Positions 1 to 9,039 of a stretch of DNA of 53,037 nt are shown piece after piece. This DNA is from a virus. Its lineage: Duplodnaviria > Caudoviricetes. Both the position numbers and the translations under genes were made by a program. The stretch lies in IMG/VR virus record IMGVR_UViG_3300020044_002438, positions 1-53,037 of that record; one strand, 5' to 3'. Each line of letters begins with the position of its first letter. Position 1 is the first letter of the stretch. A model generated the notes under the pieces. The model made no database searches and had not been told where the DNA came from. It saw nothing but the letters and a program-made list of their open reading frames with translations.

Positions 1-168
1 CCCGATGTTCAAGCGTGGGATAAGTTCATACATGATGCCGAGGAAGCAGGTCTTATGTGGGAGTTTGTTCGTGTAGGTGAGGAGAATGGCGACATAGAGA
101 GTGAAAGTGGTGGTGAGGATGTGCAGTATTTTTTATCAACAGACACTAACATTTATTGTGATTACTAA
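1..168 (+). CDS. 3' end of hypothetical phage protein (truncated by window start)
   Basis: Frame 1 is open from base 1 to TAA at 166-168 (PDVQAWDKF...WEFVRVGEENGDIE...YCDY); the stop overlaps the next gene's AAGGAG RBS. Confidence 0.65.
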   Translation, partial: PDVQAWDKFIHDAEEAGLMWEFVRVGEENGDIESESGGEDVQYFLSTDTNIYCDY

Positions 169-180
169 GGAGATATAGAG

Positions 181-1041
181 ATGGACAAAATTAACCTAAG
201 CAACCAAGCAATTCTAGTAGAGCTAAACATTCGTGTGCCTAGCTTTCGTAAACTGGATAAGAAAGTATCTAAAGAAGTAACGACTGCAAAGGGCGCAGAT
301 GATGGCGCGGGTAGGTTCAATAAGAGTTTACTTGCGGGTGTTGAGCAGTTAGAAAAGATACAGAAGTGGGTAGCGTCAGCGCGTGTTGAGTTCTACACAA
401 AGACATTGCCATGGTCTGATAGCGGTCAGCGTCTAGTAGATATCCGTAACTTCATAGCGGTAAAGGATTGGCTCAACGACATGACGACCGAGTTCAATCA
501 GCTAGCCAATGACTTCGTTGCAATGTATCCCAACCTAGTATCAGCACAAGCCTTTAAGATGGGCACGATGTTTGACCGCACAGAATACCCCGATGTTAGC
601 GATATAGCTAGGCGGTTTGGCTTTACCTTTTTCTTTACACCCTTACCCGAGCGTGGTGATTTCCGCGTAGATGTAGGGCATGAGATAGCAGTAGAGTTAG
701 AGGCGGAGTATGAGCGTGTGTATGGTGAGCGCACAACCCAAGCGATGGAGGACTTATGGACTAGGTTGTATAAAGTAACTAAGCATATCAGCGACAGGTT
801 CAGCGATAACGACGAGGGCGGTAAGAAAGTTCTTAGAGACAGCGTGCTCGATAACGCGCTTGAGTTATGTAGCCTGCTTTCTGTTATGAACGTAACACAT
901 AACCAAGACCTTGACTGGGCGCGCAAAGAGTTAGAGGAAGCCTTACATGGTGTGGATATGCAAGATGTGCGTGAGAGTGATGGCGTGCGTAAGTCAGTTA
1001 AGGCTAAGGTAGATGAGTTAGCCGACAAGTTGGGTTGGTAA
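181..1041 (+). CDS. DUF3150-like phage protein
   Basis: 286 aa with AAGGAG RBS. Motifs RKLDKKVS, FNKSLL, TLPWSDSGQRL and F..TEYP are typical of the protein found with phage MoxR-AAA/VWA genes. Confidence 0.65.
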   Translation: MDKINLSNQAILVELNIRVPSFRKLDKKVSKEVTTAKGADDGAGRFNKSLLAGVEQLEKIQKWVASARVEFYTKTLPWSDSGQRLVDIRNFIAVKDWLNDMTTEFNQLANDFVAMYPNLVSAQAFKMGTMFDRTEYPDVSDIARRFGFTFFFTPLPERGDFRVDVGHEIAVELEAEYERVYGERTTQAMEDLWTRLYKVTKHISDRFSDNDEGGKKVLRDSVLDNALELCSLLSVMNVTHNQDLDWARKELEEALHGVDMQDVRESDGVRKSVKAKVDELADKLGW

Positions 1042-1079
1042 TCGGTTCTTATTTAAGAACTTTAATTAAGGAGATAGAG

Positions 1080-2312
1080 ATGGACTTAGTAAAACGTATT
1101 AAGAAACAAAACATATCCATTATGGGTAACAAAGCATGGATGGCATTAGGTGGTGTGATGTGCTTCGGTAAGTGGGAAGTATCAGAGACCATGCCGACAG
1201 CTTGCACCGATGGTAAAAATGTGTGGTATGGGCGTGAGTTCTGCGAGCCGTTATCCGACGAGGAGTTACGCTTTCTAATCTTACACGAGACAATGCACAA
1301 AGCAGCTATGCATATGTTTATATACAAACAGTTACACACGATAGATGGTCAGCGTGCTAATGCGGCGTGTGATTACTGGATTAACAATGAGTTAATCAAA
1401 CAAGATAATAAGACAGGTTTCATTAAGATGATTGAGGGCGGTCTATACAATCCCAAGTATGACAAGATGACTGTCGTCGATATATTCAAAGACCTCGAGC
1501 AGTATAAGCAACAACCTCAAGATAGCAAGGGCGACGATGCGGGTGAGGGTGAAAACAGTCAGAACCAGTGTCGCACCACGGGCAAAGACGCGCAAGGAAA
1601 TTCTATCACGGAGGGTTATAACCAAGGTGGTGGCATGGATGAGCACGACTGGGATAGTTTGTCAGACGACGACAAAGCCACGATAGAGAAAGACATCGAG
1701 ATAGCGATACGTCAAGGTAGACAGCTAGCGGGCAAGATGGATGGCGATAAACCACGCATGATAGATGGCTTGCTAGAGGGTAAGGTTGACTGGGCAAGTG
1801 AGTTAGCCGAGTTTGTTAAAGAACGTATGGCGGGGCGCGACGAGAGCAGTTGGTCTAAACTCAATCGCCGTATGTTTAACGTAGGTTATTTCCCCGGCTC
1901 AATATCAAATACCACAGGTAGGCTAGCGATTGCACCCGATACATCGGGGTCTATTTGGGGTGAGCAGTTGTCTAGGTTCATGGGCGAGATTAAGAAGTTA
2001 TGCGAGGAACTCAAGCCTGCAGGGGTAGATATCCTATGGTGGGATATGCAAGTATGTAGTGTGCAATCGTTCGAGCAAGACCAGTTAGATAATATAGAGA
2101 GTTACCTCAAGCCAGTAGGCGGTGGTGGCACAAGTCCACAATGTGTAGCGGATTGGTTGTCCTTAAATAAGAACCTCAACCATGAGTGCGTGGTGCTGTT
2201 ATCCGATGGTTATGTAGATAGCTTTCCAGTCTTTGAAATCCCCGCATTATGGGTTATGACTAGCAATGTGGTAGCCGAGCATGGTAAGACTGTAAGAATG
2301 GAGGATATTTAA
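1080..2312 (+). CDS. VWA-domain metallopeptidase (DUF2201-like)
   Basis: TACTDG, HExxH (HETMH) and ANAACDYWIN in the N-terminal half; MIDAS DTSGS...GGGT...LSDG in the C-terminal half. Start moved to ATG 1080, which follows AAGGAG. Confidence 0.85.
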   Translation: MDLVKRIKKQNISIMGNKAWMALGGVMCFGKWEVSETMPTACTDGKNVWYGREFCEPLSDEELRFLILHETMHKAAMHMFIYKQLHTIDGQRANAACDYWINNELIKQDNKTGFIKMIEGGLYNPKYDKMTVVDIFKDLEQYKQQPQDSKGDDAGEGENSQNQCRTTGKDAQGNSITEGYNQGGGMDEHDWDSLSDDDKATIEKDIEIAIRQGRQLAGKMDGDKPRMIDGLLEGKVDWASELAEFVKERMAGRDESSWSKLNRRMFNVGYFPGSISNTTGRLAIAPDTSGSIWGEQLSRFMGEIKKLCEELKPAGVDILWWDMQVCSVQSFEQDQLDNIESYLKPVGGGGTSPQCVADWLSLNKNLNHECVVLLSDGYVDSFPVFEIPALWVMTSNVVAEHGKTVRMEDI

Positions 2313-2313
2313 T

Positions 2314-2541
2314 ATGTATGTATCACCACACGGACTTGAAGGGCTACGCATATGGGCAATGTTATGGGGGCAAAATGTCGTCGATTTTTATGAACTACAA
2401 GAAGCTGAAATGCTTCGGTTCTTTGTCTTTAGTGAATATGAATCGTATGGGTATCTAAAGCGCGGGCATACCAAAGGTAAAAGTGTCAGTTCATTTATCC
2501 TAACCGATAAAGCATTAGAGTTAGTTAGGGAGACAGCATGA
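2314..2541 (+). CDS. hypothetical protein
   Basis: 75-aa ORF with GGAGG RBS, tightly packed with neighbours. Confidence 0.55.
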   Translation: MYVSPHGLEGLRIWAMLWGQNVVDFYELQEAEMLRFFVFSEYESYGYLKRGHTKGKSVSSFILTDKALELVRETA

Positions 2542-2684
2542 ACATAGAACCGAACCGACTGATTAAGTTACAGTTTGAGGGTATTAGTTATAAACGCATA
2601 GCGCGTAAGGCAGATAAGCCTACGCATTCAATCAAAGCATGGATTATGGGAGGGTATGGATATGACCGCAGAGTTAGCAGTTAA
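2538..2684 (+). CDS. small hypothetical protein (48 aa)
   Basis: ATGA overlap with the previous stop, GGGAG RBS; MNIEPNRLIKLQFEG... Confidence 0.4.
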   Translation: MNIEPNRLIKLQFEGISYKRIARKADKPTHSIKAWIMGGYGYDRRVSS

Positions 2685-3237
2685 ACCACCAAGCTATGAG
2701 GAATGGCTTGAGGACCAATGGCAAGATAGCGGATGGTGGGATTGGTTACTACAATCAGAGTGTGAGTATGCTACCAATGAATTAGGACTAGAGATTGACC
2801 CGAAGGAAGTTTACTTTGATTTATATCATAACGAATGTGCGGGCAATGGATATATCTCGGACTACCCTAAGTTTGTTAAGGCTCACTACGACCGATTGGC
2901 TAAGGTGTCATTTGTTTATACAGAGATGCTACGCGATGACATGATTAAGTTTAAGTGGACAACTACTCACAATAATAACTTATCAACAAGAGAGTATGAC
3001 ACGACTGGCTACTGGAATGATGACTATGAGTTTACTCAAGGGTTCTTTAAGGGAATGCAAGTAGGCCCCCTATATACCGCCGAGCCCGATGAGACGAACG
3101 AGGCATTTGAGGAGGAGTTACTAGATATCATCGCGGATTATTTTAATGACATATTGCGAGCGTTACAATCAGAGGACGAAGTTCGCACATCAACAGAGGA
3201 GTATGAGGAATGGATAAAGAATTGTTGGAATCCGTAA
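2656..3237 (+). CDS. acidic hypothetical protein
   Basis: 193 aa, very rich in D/E and aromatic residues; GGAGG RBS. Confidence 0.7.
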   Translation: MDMTAELAVKPPSYEEWLEDQWQDSGWWDWLLQSECEYATNELGLEIDPKEVYFDLYHNECAGNGYISDYPKFVKAHYDRLAKVSFVYTEMLRDDMIKFKWTTTHNNNLSTREYDTTGYWNDDYEFTQGFFKGMQVGPLYTAEPDETNEAFEEELLDIIADYFNDILRALQSEDEVRTSTEEYEEWIKNCWNP

Positions 3238-3428
3238 TGAAGTTAAGGGGGATTAGCATTGAAGTTACCCCGATTACTTACACCGATGATGATTTCTATA
3301 GAGACGCATGGACATTCGTTATTGAGGGCATACCCCCTTTGTATTCCGTGTCGCAGATACATCGCAGTGAATCATTAGCAAGAGAGCACGCAGAACATAT
3401 CGTTCAATCAATTATAAGAGGAGAGTAA
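3237..3428 (+). CDS. hypothetical protein
   Basis: TAATG coupling to the previous gene; MKLRGISIEV... Confidence 0.55.
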   Translation: MKLRGISIEVTPITYTDDDFYRDAWTFVIEGIPPLYSVSQIHRSESLAREHAEHIVQSIIRGE

Positions 3429-3429
3429 C

Positions 3430-4197
3430 ATGGCATATGGAAATTCATTTGATTTTAGCATTGAAAGTTTTGAGCAATTAGAAAGTATCTATAATAAGGT
3501 TAAGCCTATTAGGGAGAAAGAATATGGTGTTAGCCGTGACATTCGCCCAATCAACAGTCGTAACCAAAAGCATGTGCGAGTAGAAAAGATTGATGCCGAT
3601 ACATATGCTTGTGTGTTTTATTATACCCAATGCGTTATATATCATCGTAATGGTAAGTTAGAAGTTAAAACAGGTGGGTTCAATACGCAATCAACGACTG
3701 GGTTTATCAATGCGTGTATGCCTACTTTGTGGAGTGCTTTCAGACATCAATCAATGGTGCACCTACACGATAGACTTAGAACCATGTATTACATTGTAGG
3801 TGATAGCCCATTAATTATTAGTGATTACCGAGGAGCCCCTTACGAGATACTGAATGCAGTAATGCCAACTAAGCGTAGGGTTATGCGTGCGGAATCAAAG
3901 GCAAAGCGGGCTAAGTTCCAACCATTTCTTACCTTTGCTCGTGGGTTTATGGAAGTATTAGGTATGGAGGTCCCTAGAGATACCGAATTTGTATGGGGGG
4001 AGGGCAACCGACTACGCCATGAATTTTTTACTAACGCCGAAGCGTTCGCCGAGGACGATTACCTAAAACTATTATCCGCTTTTGTGCATCAGCGTTATCA
4101 TCCAAACACATACGCACAAATAAAAGCCGAGTTAAGTAAAGAGGGCACAGTCTACGAGCGAGTTGATTTATATATGGGGGCTATGCAATGTCGATAA
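3430..4197 (+). CDS. hypothetical phage protein
   Basis: 255-aa ORF with GAGGAG RBS. Confidence 0.75.
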   Translation: MAYGNSFDFSIESFEQLESIYNKVKPIREKEYGVSRDIRPINSRNQKHVRVEKIDADTYACVFYYTQCVIYHRNGKLEVKTGGFNTQSTTGFINACMPTLWSAFRHQSMVHLHDRLRTMYYIVGDSPLIISDYRGAPYEILNAVMPTKRRVMRAESKAKRAKFQPFLTFARGFMEVLGMEVPRDTEFVWGEGNRLRHEFFTNAEAFAEDDYLKLLSAFVHQRYHPNTYAQIKAELSKEGTVYERVDLYMGAMQCR

Positions 4198-4240
4198 ATG
4201 AGTGTAGTATGGTTAACCAACGTAACAAGGGGAGAATTAT

Positions 4241-4462
4241 GTGTATGAAATTCAACTGAACGCCGATAAGACAGTTAAGCTAAAAGAATTTAGCACTAAA
4301 TTCAAGGGGGCAAATTCGTCTACTACTATCTATGCAAGCGAGGCTAACATGCCCGACGACATCCTAACAAAACTATCAGCACTTAAGATGGTAACACCGC
4401 CCGATGGTTACGAGGATATAGGTCAGCGCGTAGATGATACAACCTTTTGGATATACGATTAA
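4241..4462 (+). CDS. hypothetical protein
   Basis: 73-aa ORF with GGGGAG RBS; ends IGQRVDDTTFWIYD. Confidence 0.6.
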   Translation: MYEIQLNADKTVKLKEFSTKFKGANSSTTIYASEANMPDDILTKLSALKMVTPPDGYEDIGQRVDDTTFWIYD

Positions 4463-4472
4463 GGAGAATGAT

Positions 4473-4721
4473 ATGGAAGTAACAGTAAAACTTAGTTGGG
4501 CGCGGGTGATGCTCATGCTGGTCTACCTTATAGGTATCGGTGTGTTTGCTTACTCACGCCAGTGGGCCCCCGCATTGTTAATGGTCTCGCTAGTGTATTG
4601 GACCAATGCGGCATGGTTTTATGAGGGGAGAGGTAAGCGCTTAGTGGCATTGCTATACGAAGCTAAGGAATTGCTAAACGCAAGACGAAAAGAACCAGTG
4701 TCAGAAAAGGAGAACGCGTAA
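4473..4721 (+). CDS. small membrane protein
   Basis: AAGGAG RBS before ATG 4473; two hydrophobic segments. Confidence 0.6.
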   Translation: MEVTVKLSWARVMLMLVYLIGIGVFAYSRQWAPALLMVSLVYWTNAAWFYEGRGKRLVALLYEAKELLNARRKEPVSEKENA

Positions 4722-4906
4722 TGTTTGACTTCATAGAAAAAATAATAGATGAATACGGGCATGGGTTGGTAATGAAAAGCATGTATGGCTTAAAGGTTGA
4801 ACCCGACCCCAACCGTGAGAAAAAGGTGCAGGCGGTGATTGACAGCATGGGCGACAAGTATCTGTTAGCAAAGCCGATAGAAAGGAAAACAGATGGAGGA
4901 CCTTAA
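4721..4906 (+). CDS. hypothetical protein
   Basis: TAATG coupling, AAGGAG RBS; ends MGDKYLLAKPIERK. Confidence 0.6.
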   Translation: MFDFIEKIIDEYGHGLVMKSMYGLKVEPDPNREKKVQAVIDSMGDKYLLAKPIERKTDGGP

Positions 4907-5069
4907 CGAGCGGGATTTGTTTGCTATGTTAGCTATGACAGGATTGATTGCAAATAATGGATTCTGCAAGGGGGTGGTGCCCATGTCATACGATATTGCA
5001 GATGCAATGATGAACGAAAAAAGAACACGTGATGCAGGCATTACTGCGTATGGGAGAAACGATGAGTAA
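4893..5069 (+). CDS. conserved small phage protein (RDxFA...ADAM family)
   Basis: 58 aa, not in the ORF track: MEDLNERDLFAMLAMTGLIA...SYDIADAMMNE; AAGGA RBS. Confidence 0.65.
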   Translation: MEDLNERDLFAMLAMTGLIANNGFCKGVVPMSYDIADAMMNEKRTRDAGITAYGRNDE

Positions 5070-5610
5070 ACGAGATAACGAAAGAGAAAAAGCGCGGTCG
5101 GCTATAAAGAAAGCCGAAAAGAAAGCCGAGATGGCCGCAATAGTAAAAGCAAACAAAGAGCGAATGGCTAGAAAGAAAGCCGAGATAGATGCTGAAGTAA
5201 ATGACAACAGAGAGCTAGTGTATAACTATGTTGCATCGCGTAAGGATGTAGTGGGTAAGACTTGCGTAGAGGAGCTGAAGTTCTTTGAGAAAGGTAAGCG
5301 ATACTTAGAGTGGCTGTCGTTAAATGGGTATCTATCCCGTATGTTGCGCGCAGTTAACAATGGAAAGCGTATGTATGTATACAACGCAATAACGCCGTAT
5401 GTTAAACCTGTAATAGTTGAAGTGCCACAAGAAACACAAGAAACACAAGAAACACAAAAAGATGCCAATGAAATTGTGTATGGTGTTGCTAGGGTTATTA
5501 GATTATTAGACCGCCCACAAATCCCACGAGATAAATCAGATAAAGTAAAGAAATCTGGTAGGGGTACTAGCAGTATGCAAAGTAGTATGAATATGTTTGG
5601 GAGTTGGTGA
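5062..5610 (+). CDS. hypothetical protein (basic coiled N-terminus, possible wHTH)
   Basis: GGGAG RBS before ATG 5062; contains a (QET)3 microrepeat. Confidence 0.65.
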   Translation: MSKRDNEREKARSAIKKAEKKAEMAAIVKANKERMARKKAEIDAEVNDNRELVYNYVASRKDVVGKTCVEELKFFEKGKRYLEWLSLNGYLSRMLRAVNNGKRMYVYNAITPYVKPVIVEVPQETQETQETQKDANEIVYGVARVIRLLDRPQIPRDKSDKVKKSGRGTSSMQSSMNMFGSW

Positions 5611-5694
5611 TGATGTTGGTGATTGAGTATATCCAATGTTATTGGCAAGCATTTGGGTTAGGTATGTTATGTATGTTTTTAATAGGAGAATGGA

Positions 5695-5937
5695 ATGAGC
5701 GACGGAATGACAGACATGTATGATGAAGAAAACGCACTAGCTAAACAGGTGGGTGGTAATCACTATGCGGAGATGGCAATACAGCCAGTAGAGTTTATAG
5801 TGGCTAATGACTTAGGGTTCTTAGAGGGCAACATCGTTAAGTATGTATGCCGACACCACGCCAAGAACGGAGCAGAGGACATTATGAAAGCAATACACTA
5901 CTGCGAACTGTTATTACAAACTAAATACGGTGACTGA
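5695..5937 (+). CDS. DUF3310 (SaV-like / putative nucleotide kinase) protein
   Basis: QVGGNHY...IQP...GFLEGNIVKYVCR...KNG.EDIMKAIHY signature. Confidence 0.85.
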   Translation: MSDGMTDMYDEENALAKQVGGNHYAEMAIQPVEFIVANDLGFLEGNIVKYVCRHHAKNGAEDIMKAIHYCELLLQTKYGD

Positions 5938-7069
5938 TATGAAGACGTGCAAGAAGTGTGGGGAAACTAAAGCGTTCGAGCTATTCAGTAAAGCGGCACG
6001 AGCAGCAGATGGATACAACCCTAGGTGTAAATCATGTGCTAGTGCTTATGCAAAAATATTGCGGGAGCGAGACCCCGAACTATATAGCGCCAAACAAAAA
6101 GTTAAATACGAAAAGTATAAAGATGCCATTAGTAAACGCGCTAAAGAGTATCGGGCATTACATGGAGCAGAAATAAATAAGCGCAAGCAAGAACGCATTA
6201 AACAACGACTTGCAACAGACCCCGAATTCAAAGCGCAACACAAGGCTAGGAAGAAAGCTCAATACGAACGTCGTAAAGATAGACAATTAGCTAGGGGGAA
6301 ACAACAACGCGCAGAACTTACTGATGCATACGTTAAATCATTGATGGGGATTGCACCTGATATATATGTTGCACCCGAAGAAATTGAATTGCGTAGACAA
6401 CAGGTGATTGCATTACGTCAATTAAAAGAAACTAATACTAACCCCTCAATATTAACAAAGGTTTGTATTGCATGTAATACAGAGCAACCAAAATCAGAAT
6501 TTTATAAATATGAAAACCATATCCATAGTAAATGTAAGGCATGTAGCATAGCTGGTTACTATAAGTATGTGGCAGAAAATACTGAAGCGGTTAAAGAATA
6601 TCGTAAGAAGTATTACCAAGCAAATAAAGAACGTCTCACTGCGTATATGCGGGAATATGTTAAAAATAATCCTGAAAAAGTTAAAGAGATGGGTAAGGCA
6701 TGGCGAGAAAATAATCCTGATAAAGTTTTACAAGCGCGTAAAAATTACGTAGAAAGAAACCGAGATAAAATATCTGAACGAAATAAACAACGATGGAAAA
6801 ACTTATGGCGGACTAACCCTGACCAAATACGAGCTAAGAAACGTGAGGATTATGTAAGACGAAGAGATTATATATTGGCGTACAATCGAAAGATTGCAAA
6901 ACAAGCAGTGGCAGAAATTTCAGATGCGTATGTTATACATCTATTATCTAATCACGTGCCCAAGGGAATGAATGTAGCCGACATCCCTGAAGCACTTATC
7001 GAAGCAAAACGGCTGCAACTAAAAATTAGGAGAATGACAAATGAAATCAGTAACAACACTAAGAAATGA
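5930..7069 (+). CDS. duplicated zinc-finger/helical-repeat protein (HNH-associated type, no catalytic HNH seen)
   Basis: Two CxxC...CKxC fingers, YYxxNKE/WRENNPDKV helical repeats, and two [LI]xDAYV..L...IE.[KR]R modules. Confidence 0.7.
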   Translation: MTDMKTCKKCGETKAFELFSKAARAADGYNPRCKSCASAYAKILRERDPELYSAKQKVKYEKYKDAISKRAKEYRALHGAEINKRKQERIKQRLATDPEFKAQHKARKKAQYERRKDRQLARGKQQRAELTDAYVKSLMGIAPDIYVAPEEIELRRQQVIALRQLKETNTNPSILTKVCIACNTEQPKSEFYKYENHIHSKCKACSIAGYYKYVAENTEAVKEYRKKYYQANKERLTAYMREYVKNNPEKVKEMGKAWRENNPDKVLQARKNYVERNRDKISERNKQRWKNLWRTNPDQIRAKKREDYVRRRDYILAYNRKIAKQAVAEISDAYVIHLLSNHVPKGMNVADIPEALIEAKRLQLKIRRMTNEISNNTKK

Positions 7070-7235
7070 ATTAGCAGATGTATTTGACCAACTCAATTCT
7101 GGTCTTATCAAACCTAAAGAAGCAGGCGAACTTGCTAACGTAGCAGGTAAGATGATTAACAGCGCAAAGGTTCAGCTTGAGTACTATGCCTTGCGTAAAG
7201 AAACCCCAACGATTGACTTTTTAAAAGGTGAATAA
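7041..7235 (+). CDS. conserved small helical phage protein
   Basis: AGGAG RBS; LRNEL..VFDQL...ANVAGKMINSAKVQLEY. Confidence 0.7.
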   Translation: MKSVTTLRNELADVFDQLNSGLIKPKEAGELANVAGKMINSAKVQLEYYALRKETPTIDFLKGE

Positions 7236-7236
7236 C

Positions 7237-7389
7237 ATGAAAAAATTATTAATAGGTATGGCATTATTAGGTATTTCATTAACAACGTATGCGGCATGCA
7301 CTACTCACACGGTTATGTCAGGTGGTAAGGTTGTGATGTGTACTACTTGTTGCGACAGCTTAGGTAACTGCAACACTACTTGTTTCTAG
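7237..7389 (+). CDS. secreted cysteine-rich mini-protein (50 aa)
   Basis: Not in the ORF track. MKKLLIGMALLGISLTTYA-ACTTHTVMSGGKVVMCTTCCDSLGNCNTTCF: Sec-type signal peptide plus 6 Cys; AAGGTG RBS. Confidence 0.75.
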   Translation: MKKLLIGMALLGISLTTYAACTTHTVMSGGKVVMCTTCCDSLGNCNTTCF

Positions 7390-7398
7390 GGGCGAGTA

Positions 7399-7533
7399 AT
7401 GTGGGTACTTCTTGACTTCGATGGCGAACCGATACGGTATTACAACTACCCTGCTACTGGAACGGTTGAAGTTGCGGTCAAGAAGTTATCGTATACGGAA
7501 ATAATAGAACAACTAGGAGAAGCGTTATTATGA
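7399..7533 (+). CDS. small hypothetical protein (44 aa)
   Basis: MWVLLDFDGEPIRYY...LGEALL; ATGA overlap with the next gene. Confidence 0.55.
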   Translation: MWVLLDFDGEPIRYYNYPATGTVEVAVKKLSYTEIIEQLGEALL

Positions 7534-7748
7534 AAACAATAATACATGTTAACCAACATGTAGTTAAATCTAACGCGAAAACAGGGGAAAGAAATCCTGT
7601 TCTTACAGTAAAAACATATAAGACGAATACTTATGCGCACGAGGTGGAGATTAAGGGCGACAGCAAAGTTATATACAGCCCCGATAAACCACTAAGCTGT
7701 GGCGCTAAGGTTTGGATTGAAACTGACGGAGAGGTAACAATAAAATGA
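7530..7748 (+). CDS. conserved hypothetical phage protein
   Basis: IHVNQH...PVLTVKTY...YSPDKPLSCGAKVWIET, a recurrent phage family. Confidence 0.75.
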   Translation: MKTIIHVNQHVVKSNAKTGERNPVLTVKTYKTNTYAHEVEIKGDSKVIYSPDKPLSCGAKVWIETDGEVTIK

Positions 7749-7942
7749 CACAAGGCGCAAAAGTACCACTAACAGACGCAGAATTACACAAGGTTTTATC
7801 AGCCATGCACCACGGATTAATAGCCATGCAAGATAGACTTGATGACCACGAGAAAGTGCTTGAAAAAGTAATGCTTGTATTGCAAGACCTTACAGCAGGG
7901 CAAGTACCAAATGGATTTAGACAACCTAAAAAAGGAAACTAG
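7745..7942 (+). CDS. hypothetical coiled-coil protein
   Basis: ATGA overlap, GAGGT RBS. Confidence 0.55.
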   Translation: MTQGAKVPLTDAELHKVLSAMHHGLIAMQDRLDDHEKVLEKVMLVLQDLTAGQVPNGFRQPKKGN

Positions 7943-7943
7943 T

Positions 7944-8120
7944 ATGAAAATTAAACGGACAATGCCTAAGTGGGTATGGTGGAAAGCAGGCGAGTGTGTG
8001 GTTGAAGTAATAAAGACAGGGCACTACCCGACATCCATCATTGGTAAACTACCTACTGGTAAGGAAACAGAGATAGACATTGACGAACTTGAATTACATA
8101 GCGAGGGGGTAGAGGTATGA
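7944..8120 (+). CDS. hypothetical protein
   Basis: AAGGA RBS before ATG 7944 (MKIKRTMPKWVWWK...). Confidence 0.55.
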   Translation: MKIKRTMPKWVWWKAGECVVEVIKTGHYPTSIIGKLPTGKETEIDIDELELHSEGVEV

Positions 8121-8359
8121 CTTGGAACTATCGCGTGGTTAGATTTACAGAGGAAGATGAATATTATGAAATCAAAGAAGTGTTTTATGATACCGAGAAT
8201 AATCCTGTAGGTTATAGCGATGCTATGTGCGGTAGCGATACTTATGAAGGTCTGTTTAAGTGTATGGGTATGATGCAATCAGCTCACGCAAAGCCAGTAA
8301 TAGACGAGGAAGAATTCTACCGAACAGATACTAAGAAGGAGAACGACGATGCCATGTAA
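8117..8359 (+). CDS. conserved hypothetical phage protein
   Basis: MTWNYRVV...EIKEVFYD...A..KPVI family motif. Confidence 0.75.
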   Translation: MTWNYRVVRFTEEDEYYEIKEVFYDTENNPVGYSDAMCGSDTYEGLFKCMGMMQSAHAKPVIDEEEFYRTDTKKENDDAM

Positions 8360-8570
8360 CCAAAACTGTAATCAAGGGCGCGACTGCGACTGCGGACGGG
8401 ATAGAAGCGTAGACAGAGCCACCGTAGTAATAGCCACCCTGCTGGTTATTTGTATTCTTTCCATTTGTTTGGGGTTATACAAACTTTATAATGGAAACAA
8501 GGGGCAAGACTGTCAGATAGAGGTGCAGTTCCAAGACAGCAAAGCTACATACATAGGGAAGACTGTATGA
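8349..8570 (+). CDS. small membrane protein with Cys-rich N-terminus
   Basis: MPCNQNCNQGRDCDC followed by one TM segment; AAGGAG RBS. Confidence 0.65.
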   Translation: MPCNQNCNQGRDCDCGRDRSVDRATVVIATLLVICILSICLGLYKLYNGNKGQDCQIEVQFQDSKATYIGKTV

Positions 8571-8803
8571 CTAAAGACGAAGCATTAAAGATGGCGATTG
8601 AAGCGTTGAGCCAAGATGAAGGATGGTTTGAGCCTGAAAAAGCAATCCAAGCCTGTAAAGAAGCATTAGAACAGCCTAAAGAGCCACAGTATTTGTATGT
8701 CTGTAAAAGTGAAGCTGGATATCTATCATCTTCACTAGAGCCGATTGTTAATACAGGATGGAAATACATAGGCAAAATTAAATTAGAGGTTGATAATGAC
8801 TGA
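8567..8803 (+). CDS. hypothetical phage protein
   Basis: MTKDEALKMAIEAL...AIQACKEALEQP leader common in Betaproteobacteria phages. Confidence 0.65.
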   Translation: MTKDEALKMAIEALSQDEGWFEPEKAIQACKEALEQPKEPQYLYVCKSEAGYLSSSLEPIVNTGWKYIGKIKLEVDND

Positions 8804-9039
8804 AGCCGAGATGGATGAACTGCGATTCTTGTTGATACTGAGTAAGATGAAAGAGAACGCGGATAAGTTGGCGGGTAAGTAACTATGCTGGAAACCGTTG
8901 GTGCAACTGGGTTTGAGGCACATTGCGAGAGCATTGTTTGCGGATGTTTTGGCGAATGTATATACATTGTGTATATAGCACTTTCCCGAGTTTAATTTTA
9001 TGCGTAAGTCTACACTTTTGGTTTAGTTTTGAACTAAAA

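Noticed and set aside
5426-5457. 9-bp tandem repeat CACAAGAAA
   Set aside because: An in-frame (QET)3 microrepeat in a linker; cannot cause phase variation.
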